Origin: Lama guanicoe
Taxonomy: Eukaryota
Assembly (NCBI GenBank): GCA_013239625.1
Contig: MU054189.1
Span: 1 to 46,958, forward strand
Direction: 5' to 3'
DNA length: 46,958 nucleotides
This document shows positions 10,000-24,300 of this stretch, piece after piece (the first letter of the stretch is position 1; every line of letters starts with the position of its first letter). A program made the translations under genes and the position numbers. A model generated the notes under the pieces. That model saw only the letters and a list, made by a program, of their open reading frames with translations, did not search any database and was not told the DNA's origin.

Positions 10000-12900
10000 C
10001 ATTTTTCCTTCAGCTCTTATTGAGATATAATTGGCAAAAACCATTGTGTAAATTTAGGTGCACAGGATAGTGATTTGATTTACAAGTATCATAAAATAAA
10101 TATCATAGCAACTTTAGGGAGATTTCATTATCTCATTTAGATACAACTTTAAAGAAATACAATTTGTCTTTTGGTTGTGATGAGAAAACTTATGGTCTTC
10201 TCTCTTAACAACATTCATATAGAACCTAAAGCAGTATTAATTGTAATTTTCATGTTACTACGGGGCATCCCTAGAACACGTTTATTTTTCCGCTGCAGGT
10301 TTGTAGCTTTTGAGTGCATTAATCAAATACTCCTTTCCTAACCCCTGCCTCTGTTAAGTACAAATCTAATTTTTTTCTATAGTATGTTTGTTTTTGAAGT
10401 ATACTTTTGTCTATAACACTGTGTTAGTTTCTCTTGTAAACATACTGTTTTCTATCTTTAATACATTTCAAACTGATCACAAATATAAAACTAGTTTTGA
10501 TATGTTGCTTTTTAAAGATATTTCATGGATATTGACTCTTCCCCATACAGTACATTTCTTGTCCCTGACTCATTTAATCTGCCAATGGAAAATTTTCTCT
10601 CTTAATTTGCCTCATATATTTCTTTTTCTTCATCACATTTCCCTTCTTCTTGTGAACAACCTGTTTCTTTCTATATCTATAACTCCTTTTCTGTTTTGTT
10701 ATGTTCGTTTGTTTTAAAGTCCAAATATGAGTAAAACCATTCAGCATTTGTCATTCACTTTCTGACTTATTTCACTTAGCATATTACCCTCTTGGTCTAC
10801 CAATTTGTTGCAAATGACAAGAAATTAATCTTTTCAGAGCTGAATAATAACCCATTGAACTTTTATTTTTGTTTGTGTGCATATATAAATATATATATAT
10901 TTAGGGTGTCTGTATATATATGTATAAATATAGACAAATCTGCAGTTAATAGATGGGTAGATATATTTACTATAAAAACACATCTTTTTATCCATCATCT
11001 GTTGATGAGCAATTAATTTGCTTCTATATCCTGGCTATTGTAAATAATGCCACAGTGAATATAGGGCTGAATTTATCTTTTCTGATTAGTGTTTTTGTTT
11101 TCTTGCAATAAATATCCAGATATGGAAATGTTGGATAATATTTCATTCTTAATTTTTAGATAAAATTGCATACTGTTTTCCACAGTGGCAGCACAAATTT
11201 ACATTCACTTAAACAGTGTATCAGAGTTCTATTTCTTACATCCTCACCAACACTTATATTTGTTATCTTTTTGATAATAGTCATTCTGACAGGACTGACA
11301 TAAAATCTCATTGTGTTTTGGACTTGCATTTTACTGATGATTTGTGATGTTGACCGATTTCATGTGCCTGTTGGTTACCTTTCCCCCACTGTATATTCAT
11401 TTTTGTAATGGGCTAAATGACCATAACTGTGCGATTTCATTTTTATGGATTTTGCTGTGTTCCATTATTCTGTTCGTTCTGTGCCACTACCTTATTCTTT
11501 TTAATACTGTAGCTTTGTATTTTAGTTTAAAATCAGGGACTGTGTTACATCCTGTCTGTTCTTTGTCAAAGTTATTTTTGTTTTTAGTTTGTTTTCTTTG
11601 TTTTCATTTTATTTTAGTGATTTCATCTCTTTTGTGTTTACATGTAAATTTAAGAATTATTTATTGTAAGTGTCTAAAAATGCCGTTGGTATTTTAATAG
11701 GAACTGAATTTAATTTGTGTATTTTCTTGTCTAGTACTGTCACTTAAACAATATTTCTTTCCTAATCTATGAACAGAGAATCTCCTTTCATTTGTTTGCA
11801 TTATCTTCATTTTCTGTTATAAATATTTTATAGGTTTCTGAGCACAGATCTTTTACCACCTTGGCTGCACACATTACTTGATTTTTGGCTTTTTTTTGTA
11901 ATGCAACTGTAAATGAGACAGTTCCCTCACTTTCTCTGTTAGCTTGTTGTCAGTGTGTAGAAATGCAAGATTTCTTTATGTTAATTTTATATTCTGAAAT
12001 TTTACAAAATGCATTGATAAGCCCTAGAAGATTTATGCCATCTTCTTTAGGATTTCAATTTGAAATATGTCATCTGAAAACAGATACTTTTACCCTTTTT
12101 CTTAATTAGCTATATTATATTTACATTTATTTTGGATAGCTATGGCAAGAATTTCGAATACTTTACTGAATAAAAGTGGTAAGAGTAAGCATTCTTGCCT
12201 TTTTCCTGCTCTTACAGGTGATGTTTGCTGGTTTGAATCAGTGAGTGTCATGCTTGCTGATTTCATGTCATTTATGGCCTTAAATGTGTTGAGGTATGTT
12301 TACTTATGACCACTTTGAGGAGAAATATAATCATAAATAGATACTGAATTTGTCAAAACATTTTATGACTCTTTTGAGGTGACCATATAATTTTTGTTTT
12401 TCAATTTGTTAGTGTGGTGTATCATATTAATTAATTTGTGGGTAATGAATCACTTTTGCATCCCTGGAATAAAGTGGATTTAATCATAATGTGTAATCCT
12501 TTTAATGTATAGTTTGCTAGCATTTTAATGATGATTTTTGCAACTATGCTTTTTAGTAGTATTTAACATGTAATTTTATGAGGTATTTGTTCCTGTTTTT
12601 GTAGTAGTCTGATGCAGAAATGTGGGGTAGGAAGCCTTCCTTCCTCTGCAAATTTATGGAATTCTCTGAGAAGTATAGGTGATAACTCTTCTCTAAATGT
12701 TTGGCAGAATTCACCTGTGAAGCTGTCTAGGCATGGAATTTTGTTTCTTGGGAGATTTTGTTTAATTACTTATTCAATTTCATTAGTAATAATCTGTTCA
12801 TATTTTCTCTTTCTCATTCCATCCTGGAGATTAAGTCTTTCTAAGAAATTGTCCATTTCTTCTATGGTGTCCAATTTAATTGGCATATAATTTGTTGTAT

Positions 12901-13398
12901 CTTCTTATGATGCTCTGTATAACTTTGATATAAGCTGTAACTTCTGATTTATTTTGGAGTTTATTAATCTGTACTCTCTATTTTGCTCATGAGTCTGGTT
13001 AAATTTTATGAATTTCATTATTCTTCCAAACGATATTATTTAGTTTGATTAGATGTTTCTATTTTTAATCTTTATTTTATTTATTTATATTCTGAACTTT
13101 CAGCTGTCTTTCCTTCTACTAACAAGTTTTTTTATTGTTTTGCTACATATTTTGTTTGTAAGATTATGTTATAATTGAGAGATAATTATTATTTGTATAA
13201 GTGGGATTATTTTGCTATAAGCGTCCCTATTAATACTGCGTCTGTTTTACCCCATGGACTTCGTTTCTGTAGTAATATTTCTATATATATATTTCATTTG
13301 ATTTATACAGCAATCCATTTTTTGTTTAATATTGTTTGATTTATCCTCCACACTTTACAATTTTCCCAGGTTTTTTCTTTTAGTAAATTTCTATTCTA
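10000..13398 (-). mobile_element. Old LINE-1 (L1MA-like 3' end, 3'UTR plus ORF2 with an internal deletion near 11380)
   Basis: 3' terminus 'cagctcttattgagatataattggc'; 3'UTR motifs 'ctgacttatttcacttagcata' and 'ggctattgtaaataatgc'; ORF2 antisense 'tctaaatgtttggcagaattcacctgtgaagctgtctagg'. Confidence 0.9.
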
Positions 13399-15050
13399 CA
13401 GAATCCGTAAGTCTCTTCACAAAACAAGGAGAAAAATAATAAAATTTATAAAAAATATGAAAGACCCAAATTTTCTAAAATTATCTTTGAAAAATGAACA
13501 AAGCTGTGGGTAATATCCTCCCTGACTTTGGAACATACAACAAAGCTACAGTAATGAAAACACCTAAATATGGCACTAAAAGAGACACATAGAACAATGG
13601 CACAAAATAAAGAGTCCTAAAATAAACCCACACACATATGGTCAATAAGTCTACAATGAAGAGGGCAAGAGTATAAAATGGAAAAAAGGCAATCTCTTCA
13701 ACAAGTAATTCTGGAAAAACTGGACAGTTCATGTAAAAGGAAGATGTAAGAGCACTTCCTTCCATAGTATACAAAATAAGATAAAAATGGAATAATTTTC
13801 TAAAAGTAATACCTGATAATTAACACTTTCTGACCAAGAACAGGAGCAGATCTGTCTTTGAGATAAAATAAGGAGAACAGTCTTTCAGGTAAATGATAGC
13901 AATATGTATATTTGATCTCTCTCCAAATAAAAAAAGTAAAATTAGCAATAATACTTTTATCTTTACTGAGGAAAAATTAGATGTACTATATGATACAGGG
14001 ATTCTACTTCTTCTATAAGTGTGAAGTGCAAAGCCTTTTGCAGAGCAAAGAAAACCTTCTACAAGACTTATGACAACACACAGAATAGAAGGAAAAATTT
14101 TGGACAGTAAGACGAACAAGTTATTAATATCCATAATATATATGTAGCAAATTAGACTCAATATTTTAAAACACAGGCCCCAACTTAAAAACATTTGAAG
14201 GATCTTCAAGGAAACTTTTCAAATACAGACACGTGGATGATTTTCATACACATAAAAAGAAACATAACGTTGCTATTAATTAGGAAATTGTAAATCAAAA
14301 CCAGAATGAAAAATAATCTCACAGCAACCAAAATGGCTATTAAAAAAGTCTTCAAATGTCAAACATTAATAAGAATGTCTATAAAAGTGAACCCAGATAC
14401 GCTGTTGGTGGAAATATAAATTGATGCATTCACTATGATAAAAGAGTGGACAGTGCCCAGAAAACTAGATATAGAAGGACTATATGTTGCAGCAAATCCA
14501 GTTTTTGATATAAATCTTAAAAAAATAAAAAAATTATCTTTAAAGAAAATATTACCCCCAATGTTCTTTACATCATCACATATAATAGTCAAGGAGAGAT
14601 GCATAACTCAACCCCCCCATCAACAGATGATTGGCTGAAGTTGTTGTGAGATATAGATAACATAAAAAATACTTAGTCATTGTCATATCAAAAAATAAAA
14701 TTCTGCCATTCGGAGCAATGTGACTGGACCAAGAGAGTGTTGTACATAAAAAAAAAAAAAAGTCATACAGAGAAAAACACTCTTCATTATCACTTATATG
14801 AGGAAACTAAAGATATAAGAGAAATAATCATAAAAAAGAGAAACAGAATTCCATATATATGTGTAGTGTACCAAGTAGTTGTTTCCTGTGATGACAGGTA
14901 AGAAGGATGGAGAAGACAGAAATGTGCAAGGAACTAGATATAATTTAGAGAAGCAACACTGTCATATTTGCAGCACAGAAAAATATTTTAATAATTTAAA
15001 TGATTTTAAAGAAATTATAGGCATATATTATAGTAAAATTTGCATGTAGG
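13399..15050 (+). mobile_element. LINE-1 3' portion (ORF2 C-terminus and 3'UTR)
   Basis: 'cctccctgactttggaacatacaacaaagctacagtaatgaaaacac', 'aatctcttcaacaagt..ttctggaaaaactggacag' and 'ctgttggtggaaatataaattg' are L1 ORF2 3' hallmarks. Confidence 0.9.
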
Positions 15051-15249
15051 TGGGAAAAACATTGAAGAAAAGAACCCAGGAAATACAAAATAGTTTGTGG
15101 TACTCTGATATTAAGGGAGGTGATTTATTCACTTTCTTTACAGTTCTAATAATGTCCTTAGTAGAATTTAACCTTTTAAATGAAAAAGCATATGCTTTTA
15201 AAAAAGTGACATAAATTTAAACTATTTCTGTCTCTCCCCTTAAATCTAC

Positions 15250-16067
15250 AGTCAGTGAAAGGATCACATCTCAACAAAAATAACTACAACACAGAACAAT
15301 ACTCAAGAGCGCATGAGTACAGCTGAAGTTTGGTGGGCTAAAACACATAAAGGAGGCTGAAATGAGGGAAGAGCAGATGTGGTGCCTGCGTCCAAGGCCC
15401 ACTGACAAGGGTATCTGAGCCCAGAGCTTCAGAGTACACAGCAGAAACAGGGTCTCATTGGTTCACACAGCTTCAGCCACCAACTGCACCATTACTCATG
15501 GTCACAGGTAACTAGGAGGGTGGCACAGTGGAGACAGAAATTCCATCCTTCAGACACTCAGATATCCATGACACAGTCCCTACTCCCCATTCACAGTGGT
15601 GGAGACAAGGTACCTTGCAACATAGGACATGGCAAAGGCACTTGTGTGATTCCAAATGCCCACCTGTCTTTACACCTTTCCTCAATGTGTACACTGAGTC
15701 TCAAGGGATATCAGATAAAAGGAAAGGTTCACTGGCCCAGTGACAACAGTGGCATTAACTACCAGAGATGTCTAAAAAGTGACAATGTAAGCAATCTTTT
15801 ATCCAGACAGTAGCAACTGGAAAGTGCCATTTTGAATTATTATCAGAGGCAGCTCAGGTAAGTTAAACCAAAAATTGTGCAATATAGCAAAATACCAGAA
15901 AACAAAAGCAAGGGCTCCAACTCCCAATCTGTTATTTAGTGTCATCAGAGCAATAATTCACCATGATCATGACCAATCACTGTAACAGTGTAGGGCAAGC
16001 ACACACAGAGATACTCACACACAGACATCGACACAGATGCAGACACACAAGAACACGCTCACAAACC

Positions 16068-16099
<32 letters not shown>

Positions 16100-17260
16100 A
16101 TGTCAACCCTGCAGCAAAGAAACATAAAGTCATGGAATATTGCCATATAACTAATAGAGAATCCAGACAGTTGTGATACAGAAACTCAATACAAAAAACA
16201 AAACTCAGAAAGCAGTTTAATGAGCTCAGTATTAAAATAAATGTTGATAAGGAATACATTACCTAAGAGACTGAAATTATAAAATAACCCAACATTATGA
16301 GGACCAGATGAACTTTGAAAATAAGATGAAGAATGCAACAGAAAGCATTGGAAGAAGACTGTCTTTGTGGAAGAGAGATTAGCAAACTCACCAATACAAA
16401 GCTAGAAATGATAGGAGATGGCAGAGATTCAAGATATTAAAAAGTGAGGAAATTTTACAGTAGCCTTCAGACTTCCTCAGGAAGTGAACATAAGAGTGAA
16501 ATCCTGGAGGGAGATGAAAGTTAGACGGCAGCTGATGGTTTATTTAAAGAAGAAATAGTTGATAATTTCCCGAACCTATTTGAGGAACTGATATACAACT
16601 CTGTGAGCCAATAAAACACCAATAACTTTAAGACAAAGAGACCTGTTTCAAGATACGTCATATGCAAGTTGGCAAGTCAATGACAGAGTAAAATTTTAAA
16701 GGCAGCCAAAGAAAGTTTTGATAATGTACAAAGAACCCCAATTAGGCTCTCAGCAGATTTCTGAGCGGAAAATATGTGCCAAGGTTAAACAAAATGACAT
16801 TTTCAAACTACTGTATTTAGAAATTCCTCACCTAAGAATATTCTACCTCGCACAGTTATCATTTCGGTATAAAATTAAAATAAATCCTTTACCAGAAAAA
16901 CAAATCCTGAATGAGATAAAAAAACCAAACCAAGACACCTTAAAAGATATGAGGAAAACTGCTATTCTAAGAAAAATAAAATGGCAGAACTATGCAAAAC
17001 ATTGAACAAAATACTAAGCAGAGACCACGAGAAAGTTGCAACTGATTCTTTGGGTATGTTTTTAAAGGCTGCTATTCTATATGGATAAAATAGTGTAAAA
17101 TAGGAAATTAGTTGCAATAAATAAAGATACATCAATCTGGTAAGATGTTCTCAACAGTAATAGAAATAATTTGAGTCAGTATTCATAAAAGGTAACTTGT
17201 AAAAATAATACAATATTAAAGGAAGATGCTATCAGCAGAAAAAGGACTAAATTATACATG
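15250..17260 (+). mobile_element. Old LINE-1 5' region including decayed ORF1
   Basis: 16718-16900 'ataatgtacaaagaaccccaattaggctctcagcagatttctgag...aatgacattttcaaactactg...agaatattctacctcgcacagttatcattt' matches ORF1 C-terminal motifs (ITYKG.PIRLSADFS, DIFKVL, RILYPA.LSF); 5' boundary uncertain. Confidence 0.7.
16000..16098 (+). repeat. CA-rich tract ending in a pure (AC)n microsatellite (~16076-16098)
   Basis: Directly visible. Confidence 0.9.
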
Positions 17261-17263
17261 AGA

Positions 17264-17595
17264 TTTTTTATTTTTAATTGAAATACTGTAGATGTATTCT
17301 TTTGTGTAGTTTCAGATGTATAGCATAGTGATTCCAACCACTTTGTAGATTATATTGCATTATAAATTATTACAATAATTGTAACATATAATTATTATAT
17401 GTTATTGTGCATAATTCCCAGATCTATACAGATTATCCTTGTTGCTTCTCTCCTTTATATATACTAATTTGTATCTCTCAATATCCTACCATTAAATTTT
17501 CTTTCCCTTCCACTTTGGTAAACATAAATTTTTTCCCATATGATTCAGTCTGCTTCAGTCTTGTCTATCTAATCTCTCCATCTCTCTACCATATC

Positions 17596-17656
<61 letters not shown>

Positions 17657-20600
17657 TATTCTTTCTATCTTTCTATCTATCATGTATCTATGTATCTATA
17701 CTTCTACCTACTTATCTGTAATCTATCAATAAATAGCTATAGATAGATGTACTCAGATACTTATTATTCTTTAGATTCCACAAATAAATTATATTATATA
17801 CTACTGTCTTTGTTTAAGTTACTTCACTAAGCGCAATATTTACTAGGTCCATTCATGATGCTGAAAGAGAAATGTGTTGTACTTTTTCATGGCTGAGTAA
17901 TATTCCATTGCATATTTATTGTAACATCATACCTTCTTAAATCCATAGTCTAATGTGGACTCTTGGATTGCTTCCCTGTCTTGCATATTATAAACAGTGC
18001 GGTTGTGAACATTGGTTCTTCTCAATTTAGTGTTTTTCCCCAGATTTTTCCTAGGAGAGATATTACTGGGTCATATGGTAGTTCTCTTTTTACTTTTAAA
18101 ATATCTGAATTCTGTTTTCCATAGAAGTTGTACATTTTACATTCCTACCAAAGGATACAACAGATTTGTTTCCTCCACATCATCTTCAACACTTTCTATT
18201 TGTAGACTTTTTGATATTATCCATTTGAGCAGTGTGAAATGATATCTCATTGTGGTTTTGATTTGCAATTACCTAATAATCAGTAATGTTGAGCATTTTT
18301 ATCTCTTGCCTGTTACCCTTTTTTTGTTATTTTGGAAAAATATTAACTCAGGAACTCTGCTCTATTTTTTGATTGGGTTTTTGCTTTTAACATTGAGTTC
18401 GGTAACCTAATCCATGTTACATCTATTAACCTACATCTATTAACCCCTGGTCACTTGCATTGTTTGCAAATATATTCTCCAATTACACAGGCAGTGTTTT
18501 CATTTCATTCATAGTGTCCTTAGCTGTGCAGAAGTTTTCAACTTTGTTTAGGTCCCATTTGCTTATTTTTGCTTTTATTTCTTTTGCCTTAGGAGACTGA
18601 TATAAGAAAATATTCCTGTGATATATATAAAATAGTGTATCTCCTATATCCGCTTCTAGCAGTTTTTTAGTATCAGGATTTACATTTAGGTCCTTAATAT
18701 ACTTGGAGTTTATTTTTGTATATGATGTCAGGGAATGCTCTCATTTCACTGTTTTACATGTAGATGTCCAGCTTTCCCAACACCATCCATTGACGAGACT
18801 GTCTTTTCTCCATTGTGTACTCTTGCCTCCTTTATCATAGATTCATTACTCATAGGTGTGTGGAATTATTTCTAGGCTCTCTATCTGTTTTTATTGATTA
18901 CATATCTGTGTCAATCCTATGCTGTTTTTATAACTGTAGGGTTGTCGTATAGTAAGGTATCCGGGAGGATTATACCTCCAGATTTGTTGTTTTTTTCTCA
19001 AGATCATTTTGGCAAATTTTAATGGTTTCATGTAAAACTTTGAGTTATTTATTTTCCGGTACTGTGGGAAATGCTACAGCTTCATAACAGAAATTTCACT
19101 AAATCTATATGTTTCTTTGTGTAGTTCGGCCATGTTAACAATATTAACTCTTTCAATCAAAGAGCACAGGACACCTTTCCATTTCTTTGAATATTTTTTA
19201 ATTTCTTTGTTAATATTTTTTAATTTTCAGTGTGTAGATCTTTCATATATGTATTTTCATTTATTCCAAGATATTCGGGGTGATGTGATTTTAAATAGTA
19301 TTGCTTTCAACATCCATTTTAAGGTATCTCATGATTAATATGTAGGAATGCAAGAGACTTCTTTACATTAATCTTGTACCCTGCTCCCTTGAGGAAATTT
19401 TTATTGTTCATAATAGTCTGTGTGGAGCCCTTAGGACTCTATGTAGATTGTTATGTCATCAGTACTGGTGACAATTTTGCCTCTTTCTTTCCATTTTGCA
19501 TTTCTTTTACTTCTTTTTCTTTCCTTTTTCTTTCTTCTTTTACTATGGAACAGAAGTGCTGAGAATAGAAATCCTTGTGTTGTTCCCGAATTTACTCAGA
19601 AGGCTTTCAGCCTTTCCTCTGAGCATTATAAATTGTTATAAGTGGCCTTTAGTATGTTGAGAGATGTTCCCAATGCACTCCCTTTAATGAGATTTCGGAT
19701 CATGATGTATGTTGAATTTTGTCTAATGATTTTTCTGTGTGTATTCACATGGTCCTGTGAATTTTGTCCTTCCTTTTTTATATAAGTGTCATGCTGATTG
19801 ACTCGTGTATGTTGAACTATCCTTGTGAATCTGGATGGAATCAAACTGATCATCGTTTATTATCCTTCCTATCTACTGCTGGATTAGTTTGTTGATGTTG
19901 TTCGAGGATTTTTGAATGTATATTCATCAAGAATATTGGCTTTACATTTTCTTTTTTTTTTTTTTTTAGTATCTTTGACTGGTTATGTTATCATAGTATT
20001 GGTGGCCTAATAGAATAACTTTGGGAATTTTCTTTCCTCCTTCATTTTTTGAAATACTTGGGAGGAAAGTGGTTTTAGTGAAGGCATCCAGGCATTTTGT
20101 TCAAGGGGTGTTTTTAAAATTATACATTTTATTTAACTTGCACAGATTGTTCTTTTCAAGTTTTCAGTTTTCTCTTTATTCAGTGTTGGCAGGCTGAGAA
20201 ATTTATCCATTTCTTTAAGATCGTCCAGTTGGTTGTCATGTAACTGCTCAGAGTGCTTTCATAATCTTTGTTTGTATTTCTGTAATATCAGATGTTATTT
20301 CTACTGTTTCATTTATTATTTTTTGGGGGCCCACTCCCTGTATTTCTTGATAAGCTTGGCTAAATTTTATCAATTTGTTAAAATTTTTAAGAAAATAAAA
20401 GCTGGTTTTTTTATGATTTTTAAATTATTTTTTAATTTTATTGTATTTATTTTCAACCTAATCATTAAAGATTTCTCATTCTACTGCCTTTAGGTTTTGT
20501 TTGCTCTTATTTCACTTTATTTTGGGTGGCAAGCTTGGTCCTTTGTGTGAGGTTTCCTTTTTCCTTGTAGAAGGCCTGAATTGCTCTAAACTTCCCCCTT

Positions 20601-21335
20601 AGATTTGCCTTTGCTGCATCCCATAAATTTTATGAAGCTCTTTTCATTGTAATTTGATTCTACGTATGTTTTCATTACCTCTTTGATTTCATCATTGACC
20701 TTGTTTTATTTTATTTTTTTAAAGGATGTAGTTTAATCTCATGTTTGTGGTTTTCCTGTTCTTCTCTACAGATTTGATGCATAGTTTCATAATTTTGTGT
20801 ATGGAAAATTACTTGCTGTAAACTATATTAGCTTAATGTTCCTGAGGCTCTTTTTATGACATAATATGTGGCTAATTCTTTAGAAATCATCCTGTGCACC
20901 CATGAGAATCTTATGTGTTCTCCTTTTCTGATGCAGTTTCCAATAACTCATTTAGATTCAAATGATCTAATTTGACATTAAGACCTCTGTTTCCTTACAG
21001 ATACTCTTTCTGGATGATATGGCCATCAGAAAAGTGAGGTGTTAAACTCATCTATTATTGTTTTATAATGAATTAATTACTTCATGTCTACTAATATTTC
21101 TTTTTATACTTATGATCTACATTGTTGGGTACATATATAATTTAATGAGTGTAATACTCTATTTTTATTTTGATCTCTTTTTCTTTATGTAATCTCATAT
21201 TTATCTTTCATTGTAAACCTTATTTTAAAATGTATTTTGTATGATTTGAGCTTTGCAATCTGCACATTCTTGTCATTTCCATGAAATATAATTTCCATCT
21301 ATTTCCTGGCTGTGTATGTCTTCCACCATAGAGTA
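17264..21335 (-). mobile_element. LINE-1, 5'-truncated (3'UTR through ORF2 endonuclease), decayed
   Basis: T-rich tail at 17264; 'gatatctcattgtggttttgatttgcaatt', 'tgtagatgtccagctttcccaacaccat', 'tctggatgatatggccatcagaaaagtgaggtgttaaactc'. Confidence 0.92.
17597..17654 (+). repeat. (CTAT)n / (GATA)n microsatellite with degenerate flanks to ~17745
   Basis: About 14 perfect CTAT units inside the L1 3'UTR. Confidence 0.95.
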
Positions 21336-21345
21336 AGATTTTTTT

Positions 21346-24300
21346 GGGTGGAGGCCAAGATGTTGGAGGAGAAGGATGCTGGCATCGCACCCTTTTCCAC
21401 AAATGCACCAAGACTCATCCACAGACCCACTCAGCTAACCAGAGAACCTGCAGAACTCTGATAGAGCATTGTCCTCTTCAAAAGATAAAGATGCAAAAAA
21501 TCTGGCAGGAGAAAAGGAGGAAAGAAAGAAGAAAAGGTAAAGCAGATTGTGACAGGTCTCACAGGGAGGGATCAGCTAAAAAGGACTGGCGCTCTTTCAC
21601 TAGGTCTCCCCACTCCAACTGAAATGTTGGCAGAACGGACGGGGAGCCTCCAAGGATTGGATCTCTGAAGTCTATAAGTTGACTGACAGTACTAAGTTAA
21701 ACAGGCAGAGGATCCCTGTGACAGCCAGCCTGTGATGCATCCAGGCAGCTGAGGGCAGGGCCATGCTGCAAGACCTGGTTGGAAGATGGGGATGGGTGCA
21801 CTGAGGCAGACCAGGGGAATGGATGGGGCTGTGTGCCATTGCTGTGGGTGGACAGGGCAGAAAAACCTGGGCCCTCCATAAAACAACAGGGCAGATGTTC
21901 CCTGGCAGGGGAAAGGTGCATTCCCCATCTCTGAAATTCCACAAATTTTCTTGGAGAAGAGAGCTGGGGCTCAGCCACAGCCACCATACCCTCTGGTGCT
22001 TTGCACCCAGGTGGCAGTGGGGGCAAAACCTGTATCCTCTCCTAAGGACTTAGCAGCCTCAAAAGCCAAATGGGGCTTGTCTACAGTCCGAGGCAGATAG
22101 GATACTTCTGTCGTTTTTCCTCAGAATACTTGCTCTGCCTAGACAAACATGGAGATGTGTTTTGGCCCAAACAGGGACAGGTCTGTTCCTAAGTCTACCC
22201 TGAGCCCAATTCCGGTGTGCAAGCCTGAGGCGGAGCATTCAGTGGCACAGAGCAGTGGAGAGACTGGCACCCTGAGGTGGCTGGCAGCCCACCAAATTTT
22301 GGGGTTGAATGCAGCCTCTGGCCATGGTGCTGGGAGAGGGCATGACACCCACTCCTGCCTGCTCAGTCAGAAACATTTGACTGCAGCCTCAGACAGGGCA
22401 GTGAGAAGCCAGCTCACAGTAAAGATAGCTGCTCCAGAACCAGTTTTCAGTGTAGGAGCAATCTACTTGCTGATAGGCTCTGGGAGCAGCACAGATGAGG
22501 GCTCCAATGGAGGGCCTCTGGAAAAAGCAAGCTCAGCTTCAAAAACAGGATGAATACAGAAAGAGTTCACATTAAATGTACACAGTCTCCAGGAGGACAC
22601 TGACCATCCCCTTGTCTTAATCTGTTTTTACCTGTTCCATTTTCTATTACCCTCTTAATTTTTACTACTAAGTCAATTATATATACCCCCATATTAATCC
22701 CTTTGAAATTTTTAAAAATATTTTTAATATTATTATTTTTCAAAACTCTGCACCAACTTGCTTTTCTATTATTCATTATACAATGTCTTCAAACTTTTAT
22801 TTCTCCCTTCTTTAAAATTCTTTATGTCTCTCTCTCTCTTTTTTCTCTTTTCTTAGTTGTATTTCTACATAGGCATTGTGTAGATAAACACCTTTAAGAG
22901 CACAGTAGATAATTGATACTCCATAAACCACAGTGCCAGAGAGGTAGGAGCAAGATGAAGAAGCAAACATTCTCAATTAAAAAACAAGAGAAATCCCCTG
23001 AAAGAACGATCAGTGAAATAGATATCGATAGCCTACTAGATCAAGATTTCAAACAAGAGTGATCAAATTATTGAAGGAAATAAAAGATAGAGTTTAGAGA
23101 TATAAAATATGTAAAAAATGAAATGGAAGATATAAAGAAAAGCTGAGTAGAATAGGTAAACCTATTTACTGAGATGAGAAATGATCTAAAGTGGTCACAA
23201 AGCTGACTAGACATTGCAGAGGAATGAATTATTGACTTAGAAGACAGGACAATAGAAAGCATCCAATCAGATTGTCTACAAGAGAAACAATTGAATAAAG
23301 CATGAGACCTAAGGGATAATAAAAAGCATGCCAATCATGGCATGATAGAAATCCCAGAAGGGGAGGAATGATCAAAGGGGATTGCAAAGGTGTTTGAAGA
23401 AATAATGACTGAGAACTTCCCAAACAGATACAAGGAATCAGATATCCAAGTACACTAACCTCAGAGTGTCCCAAACAGGAAGAATGCAAATACCAACACC
23501 AAGACATAAAATTAAGATGTCCAGAGTCAAGAATAAAGAAATGATCCTAAAGGCAGCAAGAGAATAGCAAAGAGTGAGTTATAAGGGAATCCCCATAAGG
23601 CTCCCAGCTGATTTCACTACATCAATACTAAAGGCCTGAAGGGAGTGGAAAGATATATTCAATGTCCTGAATGAAAAAAAGTTGTATCCTAGGATACTTT
23701 AATCAGCATGTTTATCCTTCATGGTAGAAGGATACATAAAGAAATTCACAGACAAGAAAATGCTACAAGAGTTTAGCAACACTAGACCCATGCTAGAAGA
23801 AATATTTAAAAGTCTACTCTAAATAGAAAAGCAGCAGGATACAACAAATATGTGAAACTCACAGCAGGAAAAGTGCTAACTCATGAATTACAAATAAAAT
23901 ACACACAAAATTTTAAAACAAGTGATACAAATCATTGAGAATGGGAGAGGGAGGCAGGAAAAGAGAGAATTTTTTTTTTTTTTTTTCTTTTTAAAATATT
24001 TTGTTCTCTGTAGGATGGGTTTGAGATCATGTTACTATAAGTTTAATAAAATCACTTATAATAATGGTCTAAAAGACTTATAAAAAAGGGTAACAACAAG
24101 ACAAAAACTTATCAGGGTGTCAATAAAACTAAATAAAATACATGATAATACAAAGGAAAATGACCAAACCATAAAAGGAAGATAAAAGGAACAAAGAGGA
24201 AATACCAAATCAACTGCAAAAATAATGTCAAAATAGCAATAAACACAAACCTATAATCGATTATTTTAAATGTTAATGGACTAAATGCTCCAGTCGAATG

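Larger units (their letters stand above)
1..14940 (+). repeat. Segmental duplication / amplicon unit, copy A (direct repeat of ~31795-46958)
   Basis: Colinear matches: 1 'gttgaattgaaattgtgagaatggg' with 31795; HSFY start 4607 with 37022; LTR start 9610 with 41660; 14840-14940 with 46864-46958. Manual count over the first 165 bp of HSFY exon 1 gives about 19 mismatches. Confidence 0.95.

Noticed and set aside
21344..22553. Several overlapping 70-134 aa ORFs
   Set aside because: They lie in the GC-rich L1 5'UTR, where stop codons are rare by composition.
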